In this document: positions 1-8,357 of the stretch, in pieces
How the letters are laid out: the number at the start of each line of letters is the position of its first letter
Numbering within the stretch: the stretch's first letter is position 1
Assembly: GCA_052035645.1 (NCBI GenBank)
Contig: JBPOHK010000109.1
Coordinates: 798-64,797, forward strand
Direction: 5' to 3'
DNA: 64,000 bases
From: Pseudomonadota bacterium
Lineage (GTDB): Bacteria > Pseudomonadota > Gammaproteobacteria > Steroidobacterales > Steroidobacteraceae
The notes under the pieces: generated by a model
Seen by the model: the letters and a program-made list of their open reading frames with translations, nothing else
What the model was told of the DNA's origin: nothing
Database searches by the model: none
Position numbers and translations under genes: made by a program

Positions 1-1833
1 CGCATTGAAGGGCGCCGAGGTGGTCATGTCGACCCCGGCGTCGCGCAGCAGCTCGACCGGATACTTCGAGGAGCCCGAGGACAGCATGCGCAGGTAGGCG
101 TCGCGGTTGCGGGCCGCCTTGCCGGACTTCACCGCCGCCTTGCCGATGATGCCGTCGGCCAGCGACATGCCGCCGATCATGCTGGTCGCGTACTGGTAGA
201 CGTAGAAGTTGCGGTAGAAGTGCGGGATGTAGGCCCACTCGGCGCCGTAGGTGTCGGCGACCTTCACCACGCCCTGGTCGTGACCGTAGTACTCGCGCAG
301 CAGCGCGAGGTACTGCTGGTTGAGCCAGTCCGCCGTGAGCGGCTCGCCGCGCTCCACGGCCTCGTGCATCTTCAGCTCGAACTCGGCGAACAGCACCTGG
401 CGGAACAGCGTGGTGCGCATGTTGTCGAGGTAGCTCGCCAGCAGGAACAGGCGCGTGCGGCCGTCCCGGGTCTGGTCGAGCATGTGGTGCAGCAGGAGGT
501 TCTCGTTCAGCGTCGAGGCGACCTCGGCCACGAAGGTCGAGTAGCCGGCCGTCGCGTACGGCTGCGCGGCCGACGCCAGGTACGAGTGCATCGAGTGCCC
601 GGACTCGTGCGCCAGCGTCGACACGTCGTCCCACGCGCCGTTGAAGTTCAACAGCTGGTAGGGGTGCACGCCGTAGACGGTGTTGCTGTAGGCGCCGGGG
701 CTCTTGCCGGTGTTCGGCAGGAAATCGACCCAGCGCTCGCCGTAGCCGCGGCGCAGCGTCTCGACGTAGGCGCTGCCGAGCGGCGCGAACGAGTCGAGCG
801 TCAGGGCCATCGCCTGCTCCGGCGTGTACTGCAGATCGACGCTGGCGACGATCGGCGCATACAGGTCCTCGTAGCCGAGCTGCGGCAGGCCCATGATCTT
901 CTGGCGCAGCTTCAGGTAGCGGTGCAGCGTGGGCAGGTTCGCGTGCACGTCGGCGAGCAGCTGGGTGTACACGCTGCGCGGGATGTTGAAGTCGAACAGC
1001 GCGGCATCCAGCGAGGAATCGAAGCGGCGCACGTTCTTCGCCACGACGTGCGACTGCACGTGCGCGTTGAGCGTGGTGGCGAGCGTGCGGGTGTACTGGC
1101 CGTAGGCGCCGAAGAACGCCTGGAACACGAGGTCGCGGTCCGCCTTGACGGTCGAGGCCCGGTACCGGGTGAAGGCCGCCGCGTCGAGGCGCAGCTTCTC
1201 GCCGGTCGACAAGGTGACCTCGGGCCAGGGCAGTTCGGCGCTCGTGAAAACGGAGCGCACGTCGCCGCCGGCCTGCGCCATGACGCCGGCCTGGGCGAAG
1301 ACCTTCTCCTCTGGACCGGACAGCGTGTGCGGGGCGGCGCGCAGGATGTCGTCGAGGTACATCCGGTACTGCCCGAGCTTCGGCTCCTCGGCGAGGTAGC
1401 GGTCGATCGTCGGCTTGCCGATCGCCAGGATCTCGGGCCGCATGAACGCCGTGGCGGCGAGGAAGTCCGAGTAGACCTGCCCCGCCTCGGTCTGCATCTG
1501 CTGGTGCCGGGACACCCGCGTGTCCTGGTCGTAGAGTTGCGCGGCGTAGGCGTACAGCCGGTCCACCCGCTGCGACACCTGCTCCCAGGCGCTCATCCCC
1601 CCGAGCAGGGCGCCGGCCGACCCGCCGAGCTTGCCCTGCCACTGGCCGAGGCCGGGCAGGTCCTTGACGATGGCCTGCTTGGCGGCGACCCAGGCGGCCT
1701 CGTCCGGATACAGGCTGCGCATATCCCACTGATATTTCTCGGGTATTTCACTGCGCTCGGCCGCCGACAGCGGGCCGGAGAGCAACGCGGCGAGCAGCGC
1801 CAGGGCCAGCGCGCGCAACAGGGGCAGGGTCAT
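1..1833 (-). CDS. pepF: oligoendopeptidase F-like M3B zinc metallopeptidase with signal peptide; C-terminal end runs off the window
   Basis: Not in the ORF track because it is open at the window edge. Reverse translation from ATG (complement of 1831-1833) gives MTLPLLRALALALLAALLSGPLSAAERSEIPEKYQWDM..., and the HESGH zinc motif (first His codon at 609-607) is in frame with 1833. There are 611 codons to the edge. The 220..1890 + ORF is its antisense shadow. Confidence 0.8.
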   Translation of the reverse strand, partial: MTLPLLRALALALLAALLSGPLSAAERSEIPEKYQWDMRSLYPDEAAWVAAKQAIVKDLPGLGQWQGKLGGSAGALLGGMSAWEQVSQRVDRLYAYAAQLYDQDTRVSRHQQMQTEAGQVYSDFLAATAFMRPEILAIGKPTIDRYLAEEPKLGQYRMYLDDILRAAPHTLSGPEEKVFAQAGVMAQAGGDVRSVFTSAELPWPEVTLSTGEKLRLDAAAFTRYRASTVKADRDLVFQAFFGAYGQYTRTLATTLNAHVQSHVVAKNVRRFDSSLDAALFDFNIPRSVYTQLLADVHANLPTLHRYLKLRQKIMGLPQLGYEDLYAPIVASVDLQYTPEQAMALTLDSFAPLGSAYVETLRRGYGERWVDFLPNTGKSPGAYSNTVYGVHPYQLLNFNGAWDDVSTLAHESGHSMHSYLASAAQPYATAGYSTFVAEVASTLNENLLLHHMLDQTRDGRTRLFLLASYLDNMRTTLFRQVLFAEFELKMHEAVERGEPLTADWLNQQYLALLREYYGHDQGVVKVADTYGAEWAYIPHFYRNFYVYQYATSMIGGMSLADGIIGKAAVKSGKAARNRDAYLRMLSSGSSKYPVELLRDAGVDMTTSAPFNA

Positions 1834-1968
1834 GGGGTCTCCTGGATTCGGCCAAGCAGGCCGCAGATTCGAAGCCGCAAGCTTGCCTAGGAGCGGCCAC
1901 TCCCTGCAACGTGGCGTCCTGTTAGTATTGCTGCGCCGCAACCAGAGCAACCGGTCACCGTCGCCAGG

Positions 1969-2817
1969 ATGCCCAAGCCACCCCGGTCCGCGAGGCGCAA
2001 GCCGCCACGCACCCTTTACACCCTGCTCGAAGGCCGGGCCCTGCTGGAGATGAGCCTGCTGCCCGCCGCGCTGCCGTGGCTGCAGCAGACGCCGCGCGGC
2101 GACGGACACCCGGTGCTGCTGGTGCCGGGCTTCACCGCCAGCGACGCGACCCTCGTCGGCCTCAGCCTGTTCCTGCGCTCGCGCGGCTATCACGTCGAGA
2201 CCTGGGGCCTCGGCCAGAACACCGGGTTCAAGCTCAAGTTCTCGCAGGCGCTCGAGCAGAAGGTACGCTTCCTGCACCACAAGCACGCGCGCAAGGTAAG
2301 CGTGGTGGGCTGGAGCCTCGGCGGCGTCTACGGCTTCTACACCGCGCACAACGCCCCCGAGTGCATCCGTTCCGTGGTCTCGCTCGGCAGCCCGATGAAG
2401 TTCGCGGTCGACAACTTCCGCGTTCCGCTGCTGGTGAAGACGATCTACCGGCTGCTGGCACACCCGATGGGCCCGGTGGCGCACCTCTCCAACGTGCGTG
2501 CGAAGGTCCTCAGGGCCCCGCCGCCCGTGCCTTCGACCTGCGTGTTCTCGATGACCGACGGCGTCGTGCCGCCCGAGGCGTCGCGCATCGAGGACACCGA
2601 CGACGACCAGCACGAGAACATCTGGGTGCCCGGCAGCCACATCGGTCTCGGCTTCAATGCCGCCGTGATGTGGATCCTCGCCGACCGGCTCGCGCAGCCG
2701 GAGGGCCACTGGAAGCCCTGGGAGCCGCGCGGCTTCAGCGGCTCGATCTATCGCCAGTGCGCCGCGCGACTCGGCCCGCCCGAGCGCCTGGGCGCCGCCG
2801 CCGCGGTCGCGGGCTGA
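1969..2817 (+). CDS. alpha/beta-hydrolase (lipase/esterase-like)
   Basis: 282-aa ORF with the nucleophile elbow GWSLGG (GxSxG) and the LLVPGF region. Convergent with the WS/DGAT gene, 9 nt between the stops. Confidence 0.7.
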   Translation: MPKPPRSARRKPPRTLYTLLEGRALLEMSLLPAALPWLQQTPRGDGHPVLLVPGFTASDATLVGLSLFLRSRGYHVETWGLGQNTGFKLKFSQALEQKVRFLHHKHARKVSVVGWSLGGVYGFYTAHNAPECIRSVVSLGSPMKFAVDNFRVPLLVKTIYRLLAHPMGPVAHLSNVRAKVLRAPPPVPSTCVFSMTDGVVPPEASRIEDTDDDQHENIWVPGSHIGLGFNAAVMWILADRLAQPEGHWKPWEPRGFSGSIYRQCAARLGPPERLGAAAAVAG

Positions 2818-2826
2818 CCTCCGCCG

Positions 2827-4341
2827 TCAGGCGACCTTGCGCTTCGCCGAACCCTTGCGCTTGCCCGCCGCAGGCTGACCGCCCCTCGCCTTGCGCGCGC
2901 CCTTGCGGGCGCGCCCCCGCGCCGGCCGCTTGCGCGCCAGCGCGAGGTATTCCTGGAAGCTGTCGCGGATGCACTGGGCGAAGTGTTCCGGATCGGGAAT
3001 CTGCTCCCGGCAGGACGTCGGCGAGATCAGGATCTTGCCGTCGTAGCTGGTGACGGCGAACACGAGGCCCATGCCGTCCGAGATCGGCATGATGGCCGAG
3101 AAGTACGTCATGCGCGCGCCGTTCAGGTAGAGCGGGATCGCCGGCCCCGGCACGTTCGTGATGGTGCAGCTCGCGAGCGGCGCGCGCCGGCCCATGCCCA
3201 GCGACGAGCCGGCCAGCAGGCGCGCCGACATCGCCAGCGTCGCCGCCGGCGCGTGCTTCGAGATGTCCGTGAGTTCCTTGGCGCCGACGGCCTGCTCGAT
3301 GTCCTCGTCCGCCGCCGTGTGCCGCTGGATCGACCGCAGGCGACGCACCGGGTCCTCGAACTCGGTGCCGAGCGGCACGCGCATGAGGCTGAGGCTGTGC
3401 CCGCCCGAGCCGCCGCCCTCGTTGTTGCGCACCGAGACCGGCGCGACCGACACGAGGCTCGGCCCCGGCAGCTCGTCGTGGGTGAGCAGGTAGCGGCGCA
3501 GCCCGCCGCCGCAGACCGCCAGCACGGCGTCGTTGATGGTCGCGCCCGGCACGAGCTCGCGGATCTCCTTGAACTCGCTGATGAGGAAGCGCCGCGACTC
3601 GAACACGCGGTGCGGGGAGACTTCCGAGTTGAAGCGCGTGATCGGCAGGCGCTCCGGGTGCAGCCAGAGGTCGCCGAGCGAGCCGAGCACCGCGGGCGTG
3701 ATGTTCTTGAGCGCGCGCGTGAGCGGGGCGGCGAACAGCAGCGGCTGCACGAAGTTGTGCAGGGCGGCGCGGGCGAGCAGCGACAGCGCGCCCGGCGGCG
3801 ACTCGGGGAACCAGGGCTCGGGCGGCTCCGGGGCCGGCGGCACCGCCGTGGTGTCGTGCAGCAGCGTGGTGATCTCGGCGCCCGCGCGCACGTCGATCGC
3901 GGCGTGATGCACCTTGGCGAGGATGCCGAAGCTGTCCTTGGGCAGGTCGAGGAAGGAGTCGAGCCCCTCGACGAGGTAGAGCTCCCACAGCGGCTTCGAC
4001 ATGTCGAGCGGCCGCGCGTGGATGCGCGAGGCCTGGATGCAGAACTGGCGCCAGTCGCCGGGCTTCGGCAGCGCGATGTGGCGCACGTGGTACTCGAGGT
4101 CGAAGCTCTCGTCCTCGATCCAGTACGGGTAGTCGAGCTCGAGCGGGACGCGCAGCAGCTTCTGGCGGAAGATCGGCGAGAGGTGCAGCCGGCTCGCGAT
4201 GTGCTTCAGCAGGCCCTTGAAGCGCACGCGGCCGTCCGGCGCCGTCGACGGGTCGTAGATCGACAGCAGCGTGATGTTGGAATTGGAGTGCCCCGAGTCC
4301 GCGTATACGAACCGGGCATCTTCACCGTGCAGCTGACGCAT
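2827..4341 (-). CDS. wax ester synthase / diacylglycerol acyltransferase (WS/DGAT) family protein with a basic C-terminal tail
   Basis: This is the C-terminal 504 codons of the 1153-aa track ORF, starting MRQLHGEDARFVYADSGHSN (ATG = complement of 4339-4341). It has the acyltransferase motif KVHHAAIDVRAG (HHxxxD). The tail is ARKRPARGRARKGARKARGGQPAAGKRKGSAKRKVA. Confidence 0.85.
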   Translation of the reverse strand: MRQLHGEDARFVYADSGHSNSNITLLSIYDPSTAPDGRVRFKGLLKHIASRLHLSPIFRQKLLRVPLELDYPYWIEDESFDLEYHVRHIALPKPGDWRQFCIQASRIHARPLDMSKPLWELYLVEGLDSFLDLPKDSFGILAKVHHAAIDVRAGAEITTLLHDTTAVPPAPEPPEPWFPESPPGALSLLARAALHNFVQPLLFAAPLTRALKNITPAVLGSLGDLWLHPERLPITRFNSEVSPHRVFESRRFLISEFKEIRELVPGATINDAVLAVCGGGLRRYLLTHDELPGPSLVSVAPVSVRNNEGGGSGGHSLSLMRVPLGTEFEDPVRRLRSIQRHTAADEDIEQAVGAKELTDISKHAPAATLAMSARLLAGSSLGMGRRAPLASCTITNVPGPAIPLYLNGARMTYFSAIMPISDGMGLVFAVTSYDGKILISPTSCREQIPDPEHFAQCIRDSFQEYLALARKRPARGRARKGARKARGGQPAAGKRKGSAKRKVA

Positions 4342-4439
4342 GTCCTGGCGCCCCCAGCCGTCCCTCGACGGCGTCCCGACCGAGTCTAGCACCGGGGCCG
4401 CGTCCGGCGGCTCAGCGGGAACTGCGTACCCCGCGCGGG

Positions 4440-5243
4440 TCAGGACTTGACCTTGAGGAACCCGCCGGCACGCCAGCCGTCCTTGACCTTGCGCATCCCC
4501 GCCAGCCAGCGCTCGTAGTCGGCGGCCTTCTTCTGGAAATAGCCGAGTACCTCGGGGTGGGTGAGGATCAGGAACCGTCGCGCGGCGATGCCCGCGACGA
4601 TGGCCTGCGCCGCCTGCTCGACGGTGAGCACGCCGGGCACCGCGCCGGCCGCGGTCGATTCCTCGAGCCCGGTGATGGCGGTGGCGACATATTGCGGGCA
4701 GACGACGCCCGCGTGGATGCCGCGCTCGGCATAGGTGATGGCGAGCGACTCGGCGAGCGCCACAGCCGCATGCTTGGTGGCGCTGTACGGCGTGTCGCCG
4801 ACCTGGTTGAGCAGGCCGGCCGCCGAGGCGACGTTCACCAGCGAGCCGGCGCCGCGCGCCAGCATGCCCGGCAGCACGGCCCGGCACGCGTACACGTGCG
4901 CCATGACGTGCACGTCCCACATGCGCCGCCAGGCCTCGTTCGGCGCCGACAGCGCATCGTCGAGATCGAGCGCCGCCGAGCCGAATCCCGCGTTCGAGAC
5001 GAGCACGTCGATGCGGCCGAAGCGCTGCTCCGCCGCCGCCACGGCCGACCGCACCGCTGCCTCGTCCGCCACGTCGCACTCGAGGCCGAGTCCGTCGAGT
5101 TCGGCGGCCGTCGCGCGCGCCTGCGCCCCGTCGAGGTCGACGACCACGACCCGCGCGCCCCGCCGCTGGAACTCGCGGCACACGGCGCGGCCGATGCCGC
5201 GCCCGGCGCCGGTGACGAACGCGACCTGTCCGGCGAAGTCCAT
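4440..5243 (-). CDS. short-chain dehydrogenase/reductase (SDR)
   Basis: 267 aa with VTGAGRGIGRA (TGxxxGxG), SNAGFG and YSATK (YxxxK). Starts 3 nt downstream of the preceding ACAD gene. Confidence 0.85.
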   Translation of the reverse strand: MDFAGQVAFVTGAGRGIGRAVCREFQRRGARVVVVDLDGAQARATAAELDGLGLECDVADEAAVRSAVAAAEQRFGRIDVLVSNAGFGSAALDLDDALSAPNEAWRRMWDVHVMAHVYACRAVLPGMLARGAGSLVNVASAAGLLNQVGDTPYSATKHAAVALAESLAITYAERGIHAGVVCPQYVATAITGLEESTAAGAVPGVLTVEQAAQAIVAGIAARRFLILTHPEVLGYFQKKAADYERWLAGMRKVKDGWRAGGFLKVKS

Positions 5244-5246
5244 GGC

Positions 5247-6476
5247 TCAGGGCTTCTTCTGGGTGTAGCGGGACAGCTCGAGCTTCGCGACGTGGTTGCG
5301 GTGCACCTCGTCCGGGCCGTCCGCGATCCTGAGCGTGCGCGACATCGCGTAGGCCCAGCCGAGCCCGAAGTCGTCGGTCACGCCCGCGCCGCCGAACAGC
5401 TGGATCGCCTGGTCGATGACCTGGCACGCGACGTTCGGCGCGACCACCTTGATCATTGCGATCTCCTTCTGCGCGGCCTTGTTGCCGGCCGTGTCCATCT
5501 TCCAGGCCGCGTGCAGCACGAGGAAACGCGCCTGGTCGATCTTCATGCGCGCCTCCGCGATGCGCTCGCGCCAGACGCCCTGCTCGGCCAGCGTGCGGTG
5601 GAACGCGACGCGCGTGGTGGCGCGCCGGCACATCTCCTCGAGGGCCCGCTCGGCGAGGCCGATCTGGCGCATGCAGTGGTGGATGCGGCCGGGACCGAGC
5701 CGGCCCTGGGCGATCTCGAAGCCGCGCCCTTCGCCGAGCAGCAGGTTCGACACCGGCACCCGCACGTCCTTGAAGTCGACCTCGGGGTGGCCGTGCGGCT
5801 CGTCGAGGTAGCCGAACACCGGTACGTGGCGCACCAGGCTCACTCCCGGCGTGTCCATCGGCACCAGGATCATGGACTGCTGGCGGTGGATGTCCGGGTT
5901 CTTCGGGTCGGTCTTGCCCATGAAGATGAGGATCCTGCAGCGCGGGTCGGAGGCGCCGGAGGTCCACCACTTGCGGGCGTTGATGACGTAGTGGTCGCCG
6001 TCGCGCTCCACGCGCGCGGCGATGTTGGTCGCGTCCGAGGACGCCACCGCGGGTTCCGTCATGGCGAATCCCGAGCGGATCGTCCCGGCGAGCAGCGGCT
6101 CGAGCCACTGCTGCTTCTGTGCCTCGTTGCCGTAGCGTTCGAGCACTTCCATGTTGCCGGTGTCGGGCGCCGAGCAGTTGAAGACCTCCGGCGCGATGTG
6201 CGAGCGGCCCATGATCTCGCACAGTGGCGCGTACTCGAGGTTCGTGAGACCCGCGCCGCGCCCGGACTCGGGCAGGAACAGGTTCCAAAGCCCCTGCGCC
6301 TTCGCGCGGGCCTTGAGTTCCTCCATGACGCGGGTGGGCACCCAGCCGTTGCCCTTCGCCTTGTTGTCGGCGATCTCGGCGAAGAACCGCTCCTCGTTCG
6401 GGTAGATGTGCTCGTCCATGAACGCGCCGAGGCGCTTCTGCAGGTCCTTGACTCGCGGGGAATGCTCGAAGTCCAT
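5247..6476 (-). CDS. acyl-CoA dehydrogenase, ACAD10/ACAD11 (FadE2)-type
   Basis: 409 aa. From memory, the blocks [72 protein letters not shown] and [11 protein letters not shown] match the ACAD domain of ACAD10/11-type enzymes. Confidence 0.85.
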   Translation of the reverse strand: MDFEHSPRVKDLQKRLGAFMDEHIYPNEERFFAEIADNKAKGNGWVPTRVMEELKARAKAQGLWNLFLPESGRGAGLTNLEYAPLCEIMGRSHIAPEVFNCSAPDTGNMEVLERYGNEAQKQQWLEPLLAGTIRSGFAMTEPAVASSDATNIAARVERDGDHYVINARKWWTSGASDPRCRILIFMGKTDPKNPDIHRQQSMILVPMDTPGVSLVRHVPVFGYLDEPHGHPEVDFKDVRVPVSNLLLGEGRGFEIAQGRLGPGRIHHCMRQIGLAERALEEMCRRATTRVAFHRTLAEQGVWRERIAEARMKIDQARFLVLHAAWKMDTAGNKAAQKEIAMIKVVAPNVACQVIDQAIQLFGGAGVTDDFGLGWAYAMSRTLRIADGPDEVHRNHVAKLELSRYTQKKP

Positions 6477-6486
6477 GCTCGTCTCC

Positions 6487-7551
6487 TCAGGAAAGCTTCA
6501 GCCGCTCGACCTGGCGCCAGGCCAGCTCGGCGAGCGGGCGCGCGGCCCGTCCGGTCTGCATCGCCTCGGCGCTGGAGGCGTTGCCCTGCAGCGCCCGCGC
6601 CATCACGCCCTGCGCGATGGCCGCGATGCGGAACAGGTTGTAGGCCATGTAGTACTCCCAGTCGCGCCCGGCGACGTCCGCGCGCCCGGTGCGCCGGCAA
6701 TAGCGCTCGAGGTAGTCGCGCTCGGCGGGAATGCCGAGCCCGGCGAAGTCGGCGTCCGCGAGGCCGCGGAACACGCCCGGCGGAATGCGCCAGACCATGC
6801 AGTGGTACGCGAAGTCCGCGAGCGGGTGCCCGAGCGTCGACAGTTCCCAGTCGAGCACCGCCAGGATCCGCGGCTCGCTCGGGTGGAAGATGACGTTGTC
6901 GATGCGGTAGTCGCCGTGGACGATGCGGGTCTCGTCGCTGGCCGGGATGTTGGCGGGCAGCCACGCGATCAGGTTGTCCATGGCCTCGATCTTCTCGGTC
7001 TCGGAGGCCTGGTACTGCTTGCTCCAGCGCGCGACCTGCCGCGCGATGTACTCGCCCGTCTTGCCGAAGTCGCCGAGGCCGATGGCCGCCGGGTCGATGC
7101 TGTGCAGCGCAGCGACCACGCGGTTGACCTCGTCGTGGATGGCGCCGCGCTCGGCGGGACTCGACTCCGGCAGCCGCGGGTCCCAGAACACGCGGCCCGG
7201 CACGTAGTCCATGAGGTAGAACGCCGTGCCGATCACCTCGCCGTCCTCGCACAACGCGTGGGTGCGCGGCACGGGCACGTCGCTGCCCGCCAGCGCGCTG
7301 ATCACCCGGTACTCGCGGTCCACCGCGTGCGCCGACGGCAGCAGCTTGCCGGGCGGCTTGCGGCGCAGCACGTAGCGGTGCGGGCCGGCCGTCACGAGGT
7401 ACGTCGGGTTGGACTGGCCGCCCTTGAACTGGGCGACCTCCACCTCCGTTGCGCCCGGCTGGACGTTCGCGCGCAGCCACGCCGCGAATCGTCCGACGTC
7501 GAAGGCGTGCTGCGGGGCGACCGGGCGGGTGGACGGGGACGAATCGGTCAT
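6487..7551 (-). CDS. aminoglycoside-phosphotransferase-fold kinase (ACAD10/11 N-terminal-domain-like)
   Basis: 354 aa with [32 protein letters not shown], the catalytic loop [13 protein letters not shown] and [14 protein letters not shown]. Lies 10 nt upstream of the ACAD gene. Confidence 0.85.
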   Translation of the reverse strand: MTDSSPSTRPVAPQHAFDVGRFAAWLRANVQPGATEVEVAQFKGGQSNPTYLVTAGPHRYVLRRKPPGKLLPSAHAVDREYRVISALAGSDVPVPRTHALCEDGEVIGTAFYLMDYVPGRVFWDPRLPESSPAERGAIHDEVNRVVAALHSIDPAAIGLGDFGKTGEYIARQVARWSKQYQASETEKIEAMDNLIAWLPANIPASDETRIVHGDYRIDNVIFHPSEPRILAVLDWELSTLGHPLADFAYHCMVWRIPPGVFRGLADADFAGLGIPAERDYLERYCRRTGRADVAGRDWEYYMAYNLFRIAAIAQGVMARALQGNASSAEAMQTGRAARPLAELAWRQVERLKLS

Positions 7552-7591
7552 CGCGACGGGCTCCTCGAATCGGCGGACCGGGGACGGGATT

Positions 7592-8350
7592 TCAGCGCGG
7601 CGGCCGCGCGCGCGGCACGAACAGCGAGGCCGGCAGCACCTTGAGCAGCGGGCCGATGAGGCTCCAGGGCCAGACGGGCACCGTGCGATAGCCCACGCGG
7701 CGCTCGATCATGGCCGCCATCAGCGCCGCGCCCTTGCGAACGTCGATGAGGAACGGACGCTGGCCGAGCGTGCGGTTCATGTCGGTGTCGATGAAGCCGG
7801 GCGACAGTTCGGTGACCGCAATCCCGTCGTTCGCCACCTCGGTGCGCAGCGACTGCAGGTAGCGGTGCAGGCCGCCCTTCGACGCGCTGTAGGCGCCGAA
7901 GCCGGCGAGCCCGCGCCAGCCCGCCATCGAGGTGATGCCGACCAGCTGGCCGCTCTTCTGTCGGCGCATGATCGGCACCGCGGCCTCGATGGTCGCGATG
8001 GCGCCGAGCAGGTTCACCTCGATCGTCTGGCGCTCCGTCTCGAAGCGGCCCTTGCCCACCGGGGTCAGCACGCCGACACCCGCGTTCGCGACCACGACCT
8101 CGAGCCGGCCGAATTCACGCGCCACCTGCTCGACGGCCGAACCGACGGCGGCGTAGTCCGCCACGTCCAGCGCCATCGGCAGCACGCGCGCGGCCCCGGC
8201 GGCCGTCAGCCGGCCCGCGAGTTCCTGCAGCCGGTCGAGACGCCGCGCGGCGATGGCGACCTCGTAGCCGCGCCGCGCGAACTCCAGGGCCAGGGCCTCG
8301 CCGATGCCGGCCGACGCCCCCGTGATGAAGATCGATCGCGCCACGCGCAC
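7592..8350 (-). CDS. short-chain dehydrogenase/reductase (SDR)
   Basis: Real part of the 318-aa track ORF, beginning VRVARSIFITGASAGIGEA (GTG at 8350, or GTG at 8344). Has YSASKGG (YxxxK). The upstream extension overlaps the ACAD gene and is rejected. Confidence 0.8.
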   Translation of the reverse strand: MRVARSIFITGASAGIGEALALEFARRGYEVAIAARRLDRLQELAGRLTAAGAARVLPMALDVADYAAVGSAVEQVAREFGRLEVVVANAGVGVLTPVGKGRFETERQTIEVNLLGAIATIEAAVPIMRRQKSGQLVGITSMAGWRGLAGFGAYSASKGGLHRYLQSLRTEVANDGIAVTELSPGFIDTDMNRTLGQRPFLIDVRKGAALMAAMIERRVGYRTVPVWPWSLIGPLLKVLPASLFVPRARPPR

Positions 8351-8357
8351 CTCGCCC

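Noticed and set aside
220-1890. 556-aa plus-strand ORF at the left edge
   Set aside because: It is the antisense shadow of the PepF-like gene (HESGH motif and signal peptide on the minus strand). The translation is repetitive in Arg, Val, Gly, Ala and Leu.
2827-6288. 1153-aa minus-strand ORF suggesting a giant fusion protein
   Set aside because: Only the C-terminal 504 codons (from ATG 4341) are WS/DGAT. The upstream part is an off-frame read-through of the SDR and ACAD genes, which are clearly encoded in other frames.
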